This document shows positions 19,885 through 30,003 of a stretch of DNA of 64,000 nt, one piece after another (within the stretch, counting starts at the first letter, position 1; the number at the start of each line of letters is the position of its first letter). The DNA is from Armatimonadota bacterium (GTDB lineage: Bacteria; Armatimonadota; UBA5829). The position numbers and the translations under genes were made by a program. Under the pieces are notes generated by a model, which was not told where the DNA came from, ran no database searches, and worked only from the letters and a program-made list of their open reading frames with translations. The stretch covers positions 1,555 through 65,554 of the forward strand of contig JARYME010000003.1 of assembly GCA_029907315.1 (NCBI GenBank), written 5' to 3'.

Positions 19885-20484
19885 TCAAGCCGATGCGCAA
19901 CCTCTGACGATGTCCACGAAGTATTGGTGTATGCGGGTATCGTCCGTCAGTTCGGGATGAAATGCGGCCGCGAGGTGAGGCCCCTGACGGACCATCACGA
20001 TTCTTCCGTCTGGCAGACGCGACAACACCTCAGCGTTTCCGCGCACTTCTGATACGATCGGGGCTCTTATGAAAACCGCACGAACCGGCCGACTATTGCA
20101 TATCGCCGGAATCTGCAAGTCAGTTTCGAAGCTATCTATTTGTCTGCCGAAGGCATTGCGTCGAACCGTTATATCCATCAGTCCAAGGCGATATTGGTCG
20201 CTGCCCTCGATCTCACGAGCAAGCAGAATCATACCGGTACACGTGCCGAAGATTGGCATACCCTCTCGGGCGCGATCCTTGATGGCCTCATCAACGCCGT
20301 AGCGAACCATGAGTTTGCCGACAGTGGTGCTCTCTCCTCCCGGGATAATCAAGCCCTCGCAGCTTCGCACCTCCTCAGGCGTACGCACAACTAGCGGCAC
20401 CACACCGTCCAATCGGTGCAGCATTTCAGCGTGTTTTTCAAAATCTCCTTGCAGTCCCAATACCCCAATAATCGTGCGGCGCAT
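19885..20484 (-). CDS. pdxT: Pyridoxal 5'-phosphate synthase glutaminase subunit PdxT. The start was taken at MRRTIIGVLGLQGD.
   Basis: The product has the class I glutamine amidotransferase motifs of PdxT (GVLGLQG, GLIIPGGEST, FGTCTG, HPE). It lies downstream of pdxS. Confidence 0.9.
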   Translation of the reverse strand: MRRTIIGVLGLQGDFEKHAEMLHRLDGVVPLVVRTPEEVRSCEGLIIPGGESTTVGKLMVRYGVDEAIKDRAREGMPIFGTCTGMILLAREIEGSDQYRLGLMDITVRRNAFGRQIDSFETDLQIPAICNSRPVRAVFIRAPIVSEVRGNAEVLSRLPDGRIVMVRQGPHLAAAFHPELTDDTRIHQYFVDIVRGCASA

Positions 20485-20592
20485 TGCTCTCCTACTACCG
20501 AAAAAACGAAAAATGAACACATGCCCGGCATCCTGAATACTGCATACAATGCCGGGCATATCGGTTAAACTCACGAACCAAGAGCTACCAAA

Positions 20593-21486
20593 CTACCAAC
20601 CGCGCACCGAAAGCAGTTCTTTTTCCTCAAGCTGCCGAACATCGATACCATCCATAGCCCGTCCAAGGCCTTTGGAAAGCTCAGCGATGATCTCCGGCTT
20701 GTCGTAGTGAGTTACGGCATCGACGATAGCCTTTGCGCGCTTCGCAGGGTTTTCCGACTTGAAAATGCCGGACCCTACGAAAACCGCCTCAGCACCCAAC
20801 TGCATCATAAGTGCAGCATCAGCAGGAGTTGCGATTCCCCCGGCAGAGAAATTAGGCACGGGCAGCTTGCCTGTCCTGTGAACCTCGAGGACGAGTTCGT
20901 AGGGAGCCCCCAGCCTCTTGGCTTCGGCCATCAGCTCGTCTTCTCGCATGCTCTGGATCTTGCGTATCTCGCTCATAACAGTGCGCATATGGCGCACCGC
21001 TTCCACAATGTTGCCGGTTCCAGCTTCACCTTTAGTGCGGATCATCGCGGCACCTTCGCCGATTCGGCGCAGCGCTTCGCCCAAATCACGACATCCGCAC
21101 ACAAACGGAACGTTAAACTTGTGTTTGTCTATATGATGCTCCTCGTCTGCCGGAGTCAGGACCTCGCTCTCATCTATGTAATCGACCCCCAAGGCTTCCA
21201 AAACCTGCGCCTCCACAAAGTGACCGATCCGCACCTTGGCCATAACAGGGATTGATACCGCACTCATGATTTCGAGTATCTTCAACGGATCGGCCATGCG
21301 CGCCACGCCGCCTTCGCGTCTTATGTCCGCGGGAACCCTTTCCAGAGCCATAACGGCGACGGCGCCGGCATCCTCAGCTATTTTGGCCTGCTCGGCATCG
21401 GTGACGTCCATTATGACGCCGCCTTTCAACATTTCGGCAAGCCCTACTTTTGTGCGCCAGGTAGATTTCTGCTCCTCAGTCATCAA
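20593..21486 (-). CDS. pdxS: Pyridoxal 5'-phosphate synthase lyase subunit PdxS
   Basis: The 297-aa product is highly conserved PdxS/SNZ sequence ([42 protein letters not shown]). Confidence 0.97.
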   Translation of the reverse strand: MMTEEQKSTWRTKVGLAEMLKGGVIMDVTDAEQAKIAEDAGAVAVMALERVPADIRREGGVARMADPLKILEIMSAVSIPVMAKVRIGHFVEAQVLEALGVDYIDESEVLTPADEEHHIDKHKFNVPFVCGCRDLGEALRRIGEGAAMIRTKGEAGTGNIVEAVRHMRTVMSEIRKIQSMREDELMAEAKRLGAPYELVLEVHRTGKLPVPNFSAGGIATPADAALMMQLGAEAVFVGSGIFKSENPAKRAKAIVDAVTHYDKPEIIAELSKGLGRAMDGIDVRQLEEKELLSVRGW

Positions 21487-21666
21487 TAATCACCCTTTCC
21501 AGCAAAAGCTGAGTTGTCGGTTCAGGTGGTAGCTCTGCTGCAGTATTTGTTACCATTATAGCACCTCGAATTCGAAGCTTGCTACCTCCTGTACAAGCAC
21601 AAGGGTCCTGCAGCCACACTCTCTAAGCTGTGCTGACACTTGCAACTGCTTGCCGCCCGTTATCCT

Positions 21667-22878
21667 CTACGCCCACCGATTCTGCTTGATTGACTCCACA
21701 GTGGTTTCAAGCCAGCGTATCTCTTCTTCAGATGTCAGAACGCCTATTTCCAAGTGATATTCGCGCGTTTCGCCCGGTTTGAGGAATTGAAGCCTGCCCG
21801 CAGCGCGGTCCTTGTCGCGACCTTCCACTCTACAGTTGGCCGGCTCCAGACCGACCACGTATTCGCGCGCCCCGTTCATCTTCCACTGTGTGAATTCCGG
21901 AAGCTCCGACTTCTTATACTTCACATAGAAACCAAACTTCAAATCGTAGTTTACCAGCCCCGCATAGACGTAGCCTTCCGCATCTGTCGCCATATCGTGA
22001 TAATAGCAGCGCTCGCGAAAGCCCACGGTTGGCGGATCATTGAGGTAATAATGCTCCTTGTCTACCTCAGCGTCGGCGTCACGAGGCGTTGCGCTAATGG
22101 TCGGAGAGATAAGCCGACAGCTGCTGTCTACAACCGGGAAACCACCGTTGATGTGATACAGTATCATATGCGGGGTTCGCCGAGGACCTTCATTTGTTAC
22201 GGTGTCGTCGATCCAGAGCTTACTCTCGCCGAGCACCGCGGTTATCCTGCGCTTGAGCAAGATGTTCTCACCGAAGAGCCTTGACTCCCTGATCTTGCCC
22301 TGTGCCCACATGCGATATTCTTCGCCTTCCCACTCTCCGTCCACCCATACGTTGGAAGCAGGCGTATTGGAAAATCTGCCGTGAAGGCCAAGCTTTTCTC
22401 CATTGTCCTCGCAGGGTGCACCTGCGTAGGTCAGTCCACATGTCGTCACGAGCCCGCCTGGAAAGTTCCTTAACCAGCCTAATCCAGGTTCCTCGTAGAA
22501 CATCGGGCTCATTTCGCCCGCCGCCGACAGCCAAGCTAACGACCTCCCATTGTGCTCCGCAGCGGTTATGTCGAGTCCCCGGCCAGGCACAGCAAGGAAT
22601 CTGAAGCCCGAGCCCGTGTTGAACTCAACAGCCTCAACGCCCGCGTGTGGACCATCCGTCAAGACGAACTTCCTTACGCCGCCCAGCTGCAGTATATTGC
22701 CCACACGCTCGAGTAGTTCGGACTTCGTATAATCCCTCCCAAACAGCTTCGGCATCGCGAAACCTCCAGTGCAACCGCCAAAATCCAGCGGCAGTCCGTA
22801 ATAGCCCGTCCTTTGAGAACCGGCATTTAACTTGTTAGCACCAAGGACGCGGAAATCCTGTCTTTGGTATACTGTCAA
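21667..22878 (-). CDS. Aldose 1-epimerase (galactose mutarotase-like, DUF4432-type) family protein
   Basis: The 403-aa product resembles mutarotase-like beta-sandwich proteins. No closer family was recognised. Confidence 0.4.
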   Translation of the reverse strand: MTVYQRQDFRVLGANKLNAGSQRTGYYGLPLDFGGCTGGFAMPKLFGRDYTKSELLERVGNILQLGGVRKFVLTDGPHAGVEAVEFNTGSGFRFLAVPGRGLDITAAEHNGRSLAWLSAAGEMSPMFYEEPGLGWLRNFPGGLVTTCGLTYAGAPCEDNGEKLGLHGRFSNTPASNVWVDGEWEGEEYRMWAQGKIRESRLFGENILLKRRITAVLGESKLWIDDTVTNEGPRRTPHMILYHINGGFPVVDSSCRLISPTISATPRDADAEVDKEHYYLNDPPTVGFRERCYYHDMATDAEGYVYAGLVNYDLKFGFYVKYKKSELPEFTQWKMNGAREYVVGLEPANCRVEGRDKDRAAGRLQFLKPGETREYHLEIGVLTSEEEIRWLETTVESIKQNRWA

Positions 22879-22883
22879 ATGCT

Positions 22884-24617
22884 ATGACATTCGACGGGCT
22901 TATTCTCGCTGCGGTAATTCACGAGCTGAACACGCTAATTGTCGGCGGCCGTGTGCAGCAGATTCGCCAACACAACGCCACCGACATAACTCTCGAACTA
23001 CGCGTGCCCGGACACACCCATCTGCTGTATCTCTCGGCAGACGCGAGGTTCCCGCGAATTCACCTGGTCTCATCCTCCAAGCCCGTACCTCAACAGCCAC
23101 CGCATTTCTGTATGATACTGAGGAAGCACCTGGAAGGGACAATTCTTCGAGAGATCTGCCAAGTAGGATTCGACCGAATAGCGCAGCTGCGCTTCGCACG
23201 AATCGGTCAGCCTGATAGGCTACTCACAGCCGAAATAATGGGCAAGCACAGCAATCTGATCCTTACAGGAGAGGACGGGAAAGTAATAGGCGCGGCGAAA
23301 TACGTCGGCGCGTCCATAAGCCGGTACCGCCAGATCTTACCAGGGAAAAACTATGCTCCGCCGCCCCATATGACAAAGATCGCTCTGATATCCGAAGACG
23401 CGCAGGACCGCATTGAAACTGCTTTAAAGCACCTCGCCAGCGGGCGAGTCGATGCGGAAAGGGTTCAAAAGTGGCTCGTCGACACATTCAGTGGTTTCGG
23501 CCCGTTCCTCGCAAGCGAGGTTACTGTCCGCTGCTCAAAAGCAGACGCAATCGATACCGACCGGCTGCTCGAAGAACTGTTGGAGCTGCGCAATATCGTG
23601 CTCGAAGGACGCTTTGACCCGGTGCTTATCACAAGCGAGACCGGTTCAGCCATAATGGCTTACCCAATTCCGACGACACAATTTCCTCCAGAGCAGCAGC
23701 ACAGTAGATCTTCAATTAATTGGGCTCTGGACACGGTATACCTGTCAGTAATCCCCAGGGCTGAACTGGAAGACCTCAGGAAGACCGCCACAACTCTCTT
23801 GCATCAGGAAATTGATTTCCGACAGCGGTCTATGGAATCTGTTGAGAGGACTGTCTCGGAATCTGCAAGAGCTGAGCGTTACCGACAAATAGGTGAACTA
23901 ATACTTGCAAACATCCACACGATCGAGAAGGGCAGCACAGCAGCAAAGCTGATTGATTACTTCGATCCCTCTATGCCAGAGATCGAAGTAGAGCTTGACG
24001 AAAAACTTACGCCTCAGCAAAACGCAGAACGTTACTTCAGACGCTATAAAAAGCTGCGCGACGCCGCAGCAAGTGCCCAGGAACGACGGCCCAGGCTAGC
24101 GCATGAACTAGCAGAGTTGAAAGAAGCCCTCGACCAGGTAAACTCTGCCTCTACTACCCAAGAGCTTGAGAGCATACTTGACTCGCTAAGAGAACAGGGA
24201 CTTCTGAAAACCCAAAAGCAAATGATCCAACCTGAAGCCGAATTCGAAGGGCATCAAGTAAGGCGCATCACAACAGATGACGGATGGGAGATACTATACG
24301 GCGAAACAGCCGAGGCAAACGACTACTTGACACAGAAAATTGCTAAACCGAACGACATCTGGATGCACGCACGATCAATTAAGGGAGCCCACGTCGTGGT
24401 TCGAACGGCTGGCAAGTCGAGCGGTGTTCCGAAAAGTGTAATTGAGCGAGCCGCCTTGATAGCAGCGCTGAACTCCGAAGCTAGGCATTCAAATCTCGTA
24501 CCAGTGGACTACACGTTTAGGAAGTACGTTCGCAAGCCCCGGGGTTCACCGCCCGGGTTCGTGGTCTACAGAAATGAAAAAACTGTGGACGTCAGCCCCA
24601 GGGAAGCGCAGCAATAG
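22884..24617 (+). CDS. rqcH: Ribosome quality control protein RqcH (NFACT / fibronectin-binding FbpA family)
   Basis: The 577-aa product has an N-terminal NFACT-N domain (MTFDGLILAAVIHEL...), a coiled-coil middle and a C-terminal NFACT-R/DUF814 block (IWMHARSIKGAHVVV). Confidence 0.8.
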   Translation: MTFDGLILAAVIHELNTLIVGGRVQQIRQHNATDITLELRVPGHTHLLYLSADARFPRIHLVSSSKPVPQQPPHFCMILRKHLEGTILREICQVGFDRIAQLRFARIGQPDRLLTAEIMGKHSNLILTGEDGKVIGAAKYVGASISRYRQILPGKNYAPPPHMTKIALISEDAQDRIETALKHLASGRVDAERVQKWLVDTFSGFGPFLASEVTVRCSKADAIDTDRLLEELLELRNIVLEGRFDPVLITSETGSAIMAYPIPTTQFPPEQQHSRSSINWALDTVYLSVIPRAELEDLRKTATTLLHQEIDFRQRSMESVERTVSESARAERYRQIGELILANIHTIEKGSTAAKLIDYFDPSMPEIEVELDEKLTPQQNAERYFRRYKKLRDAAASAQERRPRLAHELAELKEALDQVNSASTTQELESILDSLREQGLLKTQKQMIQPEAEFEGHQVRRITTDDGWEILYGETAEANDYLTQKIAKPNDIWMHARSIKGAHVVVRTAGKSSGVPKSVIERAALIAALNSEARHSNLVPVDYTFRKYVRKPRGSPPGFVVYRNEKTVDVSPREAQQ

Positions 24618-24622
24618 ACAGC

Positions 24623-25033
24623 TCAGGCACGGCGTCTGCGCAGGCCGGACTCCGCAGCCAAACGTTCTCTTAGTGTCGGACCGCCCAATTCTACCTCGCA
24701 GACTACGTCGCGTATACCAGGCTTGTTGCGCAACGCTTTGATGATCCTTGTCAGCTCCTGTTCCAGATCGAGATCCTCGTAGTAGCCCCTCAGCTTATCG
24801 AGCCTGCCCCTCAAATAGGCGACGCCGTGAATAACGTGCACCTCAAGCTGACTCGTGTCTACCGGGTGCTTTGCCAACTCGCGCCTAAGTTCGCGACTCA
24901 TCGAAGCATCAACAATGGACACTTCGATCGCCCCCTTTCGGGCTTCGGCGTCCTGCCCGGGCGTTATTCTACATTGTGCATTATACCCCAAAAGCAAGCA
25001 CGAGGGGTAATAGATTATTTCTGACTCGTCCAC
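24623..25033 (-). CDS. BON-domain protein. The true start is possibly downstream at MSRELRREL.
   Basis: The C-terminal half has a BON-like pattern (LEVHVIHGVAYLRGRL...PGIRDVVCEVEL). Confidence 0.45.
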   Translation of the reverse strand: MDESEIIYYPSCLLLGYNAQCRITPGQDAEARKGAIEVSIVDASMSRELRRELAKHPVDTSQLEVHVIHGVAYLRGRLDKLRGYYEDLDLEQELTRIIKALRNKPGIRDVVCEVELGGPTLRERLAAESGLRRRRA

Positions 25034-26067
25034 CAGTCAAAACGATCAATCACTTCTTCAGGCGAAGCGGTACCGGTTTGCCCAATCTTTTGTATTGTTA
25101 TGGAAGCCACAATGTTGCCGAGCAGCGCAGCATCGACCAGACCGGACCCCGCACACAACGCGGAAATTATAGCGGCAGTGCAACTGTCACCGGCACCTAC
25201 AGGATCGATCTCTCCCGTGACGAGCACCGCGGGAACGTGGACCACATCACCGTCTACGACGAAAATGCCGTCTTCCTGGGCCGTCAAGAACACGGGTTTG
25301 CCAGTGCGTTTGCTCAGGTCGACAGCGCACTCTTTTGCCTCCGCAACAGTAATGCTGGATGGCTCAACAATCCCAAGGTCCAACCTGGCTCTTCCACGAA
25401 CAGCATCAACCGCCTCAAACTTGTTGGGTTTTATGATTACGTCACGATACTCGCCAATTCTCGCCCGAGAATCCGCAATAAACGGCTTGTCCTCATATTC
25501 CCGAGCCAATCGAGCTATTTCTTCTCGGACGCGATCAGTTATAACTCCGACGTTGCGTTCCTGGACCTGGTCGGCTATCACTACACCGTCTACACTCGGC
25601 AGTACCGATCTGAGGCGGCTGATAATCTCGTCTTCGAGGTGTGACTCAAGGATCTTGCGGTTCTTAATGTCTATGCGTTCGAGTTCGCGTTCTTTGCCAT
25701 GCTCGCGTAACATTGGCTTTGTGTAGCAAGGAGTAAACCGCTCCTCGCTCTCAATAATATGGCTGTCGTCAGCACCTATCCGACGAAGAGCCCGTTTCAG
25801 CTCGAAACCCTCCCCGTCAACGCCGATTACGCTGATGCAAATCACGCGGCCAACCCCCAACGCTCTTAGATTTGAAACGACTGTGCCAGCCGCGCCCGGA
25901 GACAAACGCCTATCTACGACTTGATGCGCTGTAAGTCCCGTCTCGACCGATTTCTCAGCCAAAGAGGATTCGATAACGAAGTAACGATCCAGGAAGAAAT
26001 CACCCACAACCGCAATGGTCTGGTTGGGCAATTCAGCCAATATGCACTGTAAGGTCTCTCTGTCCAC
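25015..26067 (-). CDS. PfkB-family carbohydrate kinase (resembling the RfaE/HldE domain-I sugar kinase)
   Basis: The 350-aa product has the GG motif near the N-terminus (AVVGDFFLDRY) and the C-terminal DPVGAGDSCTAA anion-hole/catalytic Asp motif of ribokinase-like kinases. Confidence 0.75.
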   Translation of the reverse strand: MDRETLQCILAELPNQTIAVVGDFFLDRYFVIESSLAEKSVETGLTAHQVVDRRLSPGAAGTVVSNLRALGVGRVICISVIGVDGEGFELKRALRRIGADDSHIIESEERFTPCYTKPMLREHGKERELERIDIKNRKILESHLEDEIISRLRSVLPSVDGVVIADQVQERNVGVITDRVREEIARLAREYEDKPFIADSRARIGEYRDVIIKPNKFEAVDAVRGRARLDLGIVEPSSITVAEAKECAVDLSKRTGKPVFLTAQEDGIFVVDGDVVHVPAVLVTGEIDPVGAGDSCTAAIISALCAGSGLVDAALLGNIVASITIQKIGQTGTASPEEVIDRFDWWTSQK

Positions 26068-26070
26068 TTC

Positions 26071-27057
26071 TCAGCGCTCCTCCGCTCGCACTTGGTCGGC
26101 ACGTTCCACAATCCGTTTCCAGAGGTTCGGCAGCGTTACTCTGTGATCACCCCTAATATAGAAGCTCTCGCCGCCGTCGGCCACCGTTCGGACGAGTATA
26201 GTCTTGAAAGGCCTATAGTAATACCTCGGATCCGACTTTGGAGCCTCTCTCGAAAGATCGTCGCCCAGGTCCAGCATGTCGAAGACCGCCGTCGCAAACT
26301 TCGAAAGAGACTTGCCGCTCTGTCTCGCAACGTTTCTCGCCATAGAGAGCGCTTTTAGGTAGACCTCAGGACCCATTACAGCCGTTCCGTAATTCAGGTA
26401 AACCCCGTTCTCAAGCCTGGACACCGACTCCGCAAACACCAAAAAATCATTGTAAGTGGCTTTGCCCAGAGCCTCAGAATTGCAATTCGGATGTTGATGA
26501 ATGATGTCCTGACCGATGCCGACGTGCACAGTAACTGGAATTCGCAATCTGTATCCGGCAGCAAAGATGCTGACATCTCTATAGGGGTACTTCCCGCGTT
26601 CAATCCAGCGGCCTACAGCCTCTCCGAACCCTATGTCGTCACGAGCTGCCTCGACAGCAATATCGTTCAGAAGCCCCGTTTCACGCCACATACCGAAGCG
26701 GCCCGTCTTGATGTAATGGGCAACACTCTCAGTCGTGGCACCAATCATTGATAGCTCGAAGTCATGTATGGCACACGCGCCGTTTGTGCCGACGTGAGTT
26801 ACAAACCCACGCTCCATAAGATCGACAACAAACCTCGAACAACCCTGCTTGATGACGTGCGCACCCATCATCAGGATTACTTGATGCCCTGACCTTCGCG
26901 CGTTGACTATCCTCTCTGCGAGCACATCCAGCTTGGGATCGTCGAACTCCTGTTCGATCTGTCCTAGAGGGAGCACATAGTCAAGGGTCATATCGTGCTT
27001 GCGCTCCGCCAGCGGTTCGAGGAGTATCTTGCTTCTATCAAACTTCTCGTAAGGCAT
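26071..27057 (-). CDS. Conserved hypothetical protein, family not recognised
   Basis: The 328-aa ORF lies between the PfkB kinase and the HAD hydrolase on the same strand with short gaps. Codon usage looks consistent with its neighbours. Confidence 0.5.
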   Translation of the reverse strand: MPYEKFDRSKILLEPLAERKHDMTLDYVLPLGQIEQEFDDPKLDVLAERIVNARRSGHQVILMMGAHVIKQGCSRFVVDLMERGFVTHVGTNGACAIHDFELSMIGATTESVAHYIKTGRFGMWRETGLLNDIAVEAARDDIGFGEAVGRWIERGKYPYRDVSIFAAGYRLRIPVTVHVGIGQDIIHQHPNCNSEALGKATYNDFLVFAESVSRLENGVYLNYGTAVMGPEVYLKALSMARNVARQSGKSLSKFATAVFDMLDLGDDLSREAPKSDPRYYYRPFKTILVRTVADGGESFYIRGDHRVTLPNLWKRIVERADQVRAEER

Positions 27058-27119
27058 CTTAGTCTCCCATCCAAACAGTCAATGGGTAATCTGTATGAAC
27101 TTGGGCTTAGTAGCAGCGA

Positions 27120-27947
27120 TCAGGATGATCGGAATCTAGAGCACGGGAAAAGCATCTCCAGCAGCGGTTCCGGATCTGTATAGTCGGGTATGATTAGGTC
27201 GGCTCCGGCTCGGATCAGTCTTTCCCGTTTCCACGCGTTGATGCCGCGCCTAGCAATTTCATCTGAAGCAACTCCAACCGCCAGACCGCCAACCTGCTTG
27301 CAATTCTCAATCTCTACGAAGCCGTCGCCGAAGGCAACAAGGCTGTCACCTCCGAGATTATGCGACTCCAAGATGTGCCTAATCACGGTTGCTTTTGATC
27401 GTTCCCAATAGTTGTCTAAAGCTCCGTAAATCCGGTCGCCGAAGAAAACGTCTATCCCCAGGGCTCGCGCTTCATCCACTACGTAAGGGTGGTCTGTGCC
27501 GCTTGCAAGGTACATTACGACGCCCCGTCGATCAAGCTCAGCAAGAAAATCGATCGCACCTTCGATTACCATGTCGCGCGGGTTTATTTGCCCAGACTTG
27601 AGTCCCAAAACACGCGACTCGATCCTTCTCCATAGTCTTGCATGATACTCACGTTTATACTCCAGAGGGTCGCGAGGTTGACCGCCTCTAGCTTTCACTT
27701 CCTCAGCCAGTCGAATCATTTGATAGATCGTATCCTTGCCGGTGAGTAGGTCCACGTAGTCGCGAACGTAAGCTCGAAGCTCATCTTCGGATTCATGGTT
27801 CGGAGTCTTGAGCAATTCCTCAACCATCATCGGCACCATTACTTCTTGCCAGCCTTCGCGTATCACAGAGATGGTGCCGTCAAAATCGAACAGTGCCGAG
27901 CGAATTTTGCCTATTCGAAGATTAGGGTTTACTACCTCTATCTGCAA
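27120..27947 (-). CDS. HAD-superfamily hydrolase (phosphatase) with a cap domain
   Basis: The product has HAD motif I, FDFDGT, near the N-terminus and a C-terminal GDG...D motif (AFGDGFVEIEN). Confidence 0.75.
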   Translation of the reverse strand: MQIEVVNPNLRIGKIRSALFDFDGTISVIREGWQEVMVPMMVEELLKTPNHESEDELRAYVRDYVDLLTGKDTIYQMIRLAEEVKARGGQPRDPLEYKREYHARLWRRIESRVLGLKSGQINPRDMVIEGAIDFLAELDRRGVVMYLASGTDHPYVVDEARALGIDVFFGDRIYGALDNYWERSKATVIRHILESHNLGGDSLVAFGDGFVEIENCKQVGGLAVGVASDEIARRGINAWKRERLIRAGADLIIPDYTDPEPLLEMLFPCSRFRSS

Positions 27948-27949
27948 TC

Positions 27950-29998
27950 CTACTTTTCCTCTACTCCTCTGCTCGCGTGCTTGATGGCATACAAACTAAG
28001 AGCGCGCTGTGTACGCATATCCAGCGAAAGCCTAACCGACCCAGCCGACGCTGGAACGAACTCAACAGCATCTAGAGCGCTGCGGCCGCGGGAGTCAAAG
28101 ACATACATCACCACAGTAGCTTCGTCCGTGTAAGGGATCTCAACCGGCGTTGAGAAGTCGATCGTCAGAGTTCGCAGTCCGGGATCAAGCTTGATCGGCT
28201 GCTGCTGGGAACAAACGCGCTCGCCGCTCCCTAAGGCTATGCTCAGGAAAGCACAGCCAGCGATTTTTCTGTTTACCTTGACCTGCACATCAAAACGGCT
28301 GAACGCCTGCAGCTTCATAGGGGTTTTAAGCCTGAGCGTGGTACGATCGCTCCAGCGGCATTCAGCAGGAGGCAGTGTTACAACCGGCAGATTCTCTATG
28401 AACTCCCTTACGTAGCCGAAGAACCGCTCCGCGCCTATCTGGTGCCAATTGTAGCTGTTGTATAAATCAGCACCCAGCGCATAAGCTACCCGTAGATCCC
28501 ACAAATGCAGATCGATATGCCTACCGTCGTTCTCTTCGCGGTTCAGGTTACACCAGGGTCCCCACTCGCGGACGCGATAGAAATCGGAGGGCTGAGACCA
28601 CATGCCCTCCAATCCGGTCCGCGCGCCATTGGCATAACCCCACTCAGAAGCGGGATGGTGTATGGATCTCCCGGGAAATAGATTGCGAAGCTGCAGCGTG
28701 TGTGTGTAAATGGGCACGTCCTGCCGAAACCGGTGCTTCTTCAGCGAATTTCTTGCAGCGTCAACAGTGTTCTGCACGTAGCGTCCCACGTTCCGGTGAA
28801 GCCAAGCAAGCTCTTCAGTAGAAAGACCATCAGCGGGGTTCAGGTCTACACCGTCTCTAGCCGCTGCAGCAACTGTCAGGGGATTGAAATCCGCCCACAG
28901 TGTCTTGCGATTGGAGTTGGGATTGCCCGCCTCGCAATCCGAGTCCCAATACCGGGGCTCGTTCTCCAGATATATCCCCTTTATCCATGAGCAGGAATCG
29001 CCTGTGATTGATTTGAGGTGAGCGAGCGCCTGGTCCAAGCGAGCGTAACGATAGTTGTTCAGAACCTCGCTGTTCATTGTAAGCCAAGGACAGTTCGACC
29101 ATTGATTGGGCACCGAAAGACCATAATGCCTGTTGTAGCGGTCTCCAAGCAAAACAGCAAGTTGCCTGTTGTAATCACCTTCATCGTCAGGAGAATAGCA
29201 AATCTGTTGGTATTTTATATCGCCGAATTTGCTGCCCTGCCCGTCGTCGACCCATATCGGCGTTCCTGCCCACCAAGACACCAACCCCAAGAGAGCTGGC
29301 ACTCGGTATTTTTTCGACCAATCGGCGCACTGTTGGATTTGGCGGCGGACGTCTGTACTATCCCGATTGGCATAGTAGATTTCTGAACTGAACCCCGTGT
29401 TGATATGGTATTCGGGCTTCCCGACCACATTCCGCACGAGCAGCTCCAACCACTGTTCGCGCTGATCCGGACTGCCGTCGGGAATAAGTCCCATTATGGT
29501 AAACCTATCCCAAGCAAGTAGATCTTCCAGGGCAGACCGCTTTACCAGCTTTATCGACCGAATCAACACCGGCTTCGACTTGGAGCCGTTGGTAGAGTGG
29601 TTCGTTATTTTTATGGTTCCGACGGGCGCGCCACGCACTCGCAAAAAGTAAGTTACGGGACCAAATCCAAGACTAGTGCTGCAGCGTTCATAGCTTCCGA
29701 CCCCGCTACCTGATATTCGGTACCTGTATATGAGCCGTTCAGGCGTGTCGGGATAGACCTCAGTGACGGCCACATAGTCGCCCGTTCCTGCCAGCTTAAA
29801 CTCAGCCTCTTTGTAAACCGCCTCAGCCTCGTACACAACCTTGTGAGAACCGATATAGCCGGTGACGCGCACAGTCTCCCCCAAACACGAGGATGAAAAC
29901 AACACAAGGCACAACACCAACAACCTAACTGGGCCTATCGAACACACGTTTCGATGCAACTCCATGGGTTCGCGCGGCGAAGTAACAGAAGAATACAC
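27950..29998 (-). CDS. Large secreted hypothetical protein, possibly glycosidase-like
   Basis: The 682-aa product has a signal peptide after MELHRN (LLVLCLVLFSSSCLG). No family was recognised. Confidence 0.5.
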   Translation of the reverse strand: MYSSVTSPREPMELHRNVCSIGPVRLLVLCLVLFSSSCLGETVRVTGYIGSHKVVYEAEAVYKEAEFKLAGTGDYVAVTEVYPDTPERLIYRYRISGSGVGSYERCSTSLGFGPVTYFLRVRGAPVGTIKITNHSTNGSKSKPVLIRSIKLVKRSALEDLLAWDRFTIMGLIPDGSPDQREQWLELLVRNVVGKPEYHINTGFSSEIYYANRDSTDVRRQIQQCADWSKKYRVPALLGLVSWWAGTPIWVDDGQGSKFGDIKYQQICYSPDDEGDYNRQLAVLLGDRYNRHYGLSVPNQWSNCPWLTMNSEVLNNYRYARLDQALAHLKSITGDSCSWIKGIYLENEPRYWDSDCEAGNPNSNRKTLWADFNPLTVAAAARDGVDLNPADGLSTEELAWLHRNVGRYVQNTVDAARNSLKKHRFRQDVPIYTHTLQLRNLFPGRSIHHPASEWGYANGARTGLEGMWSQPSDFYRVREWGPWCNLNREENDGRHIDLHLWDLRVAYALGADLYNSYNWHQIGAERFFGYVREFIENLPVVTLPPAECRWSDRTTLRLKTPMKLQAFSRFDVQVKVNRKIAGCAFLSIALGSGERVCSQQQPIKLDPGLRTLTIDFSTPVEIPYTDEATVVMYVFDSRGRSALDAVEFVPASAGSVRLSLDMRTQRALSLYAIKHASRGVEEK

Positions 29999-30003
29999 AC
30001 CTG

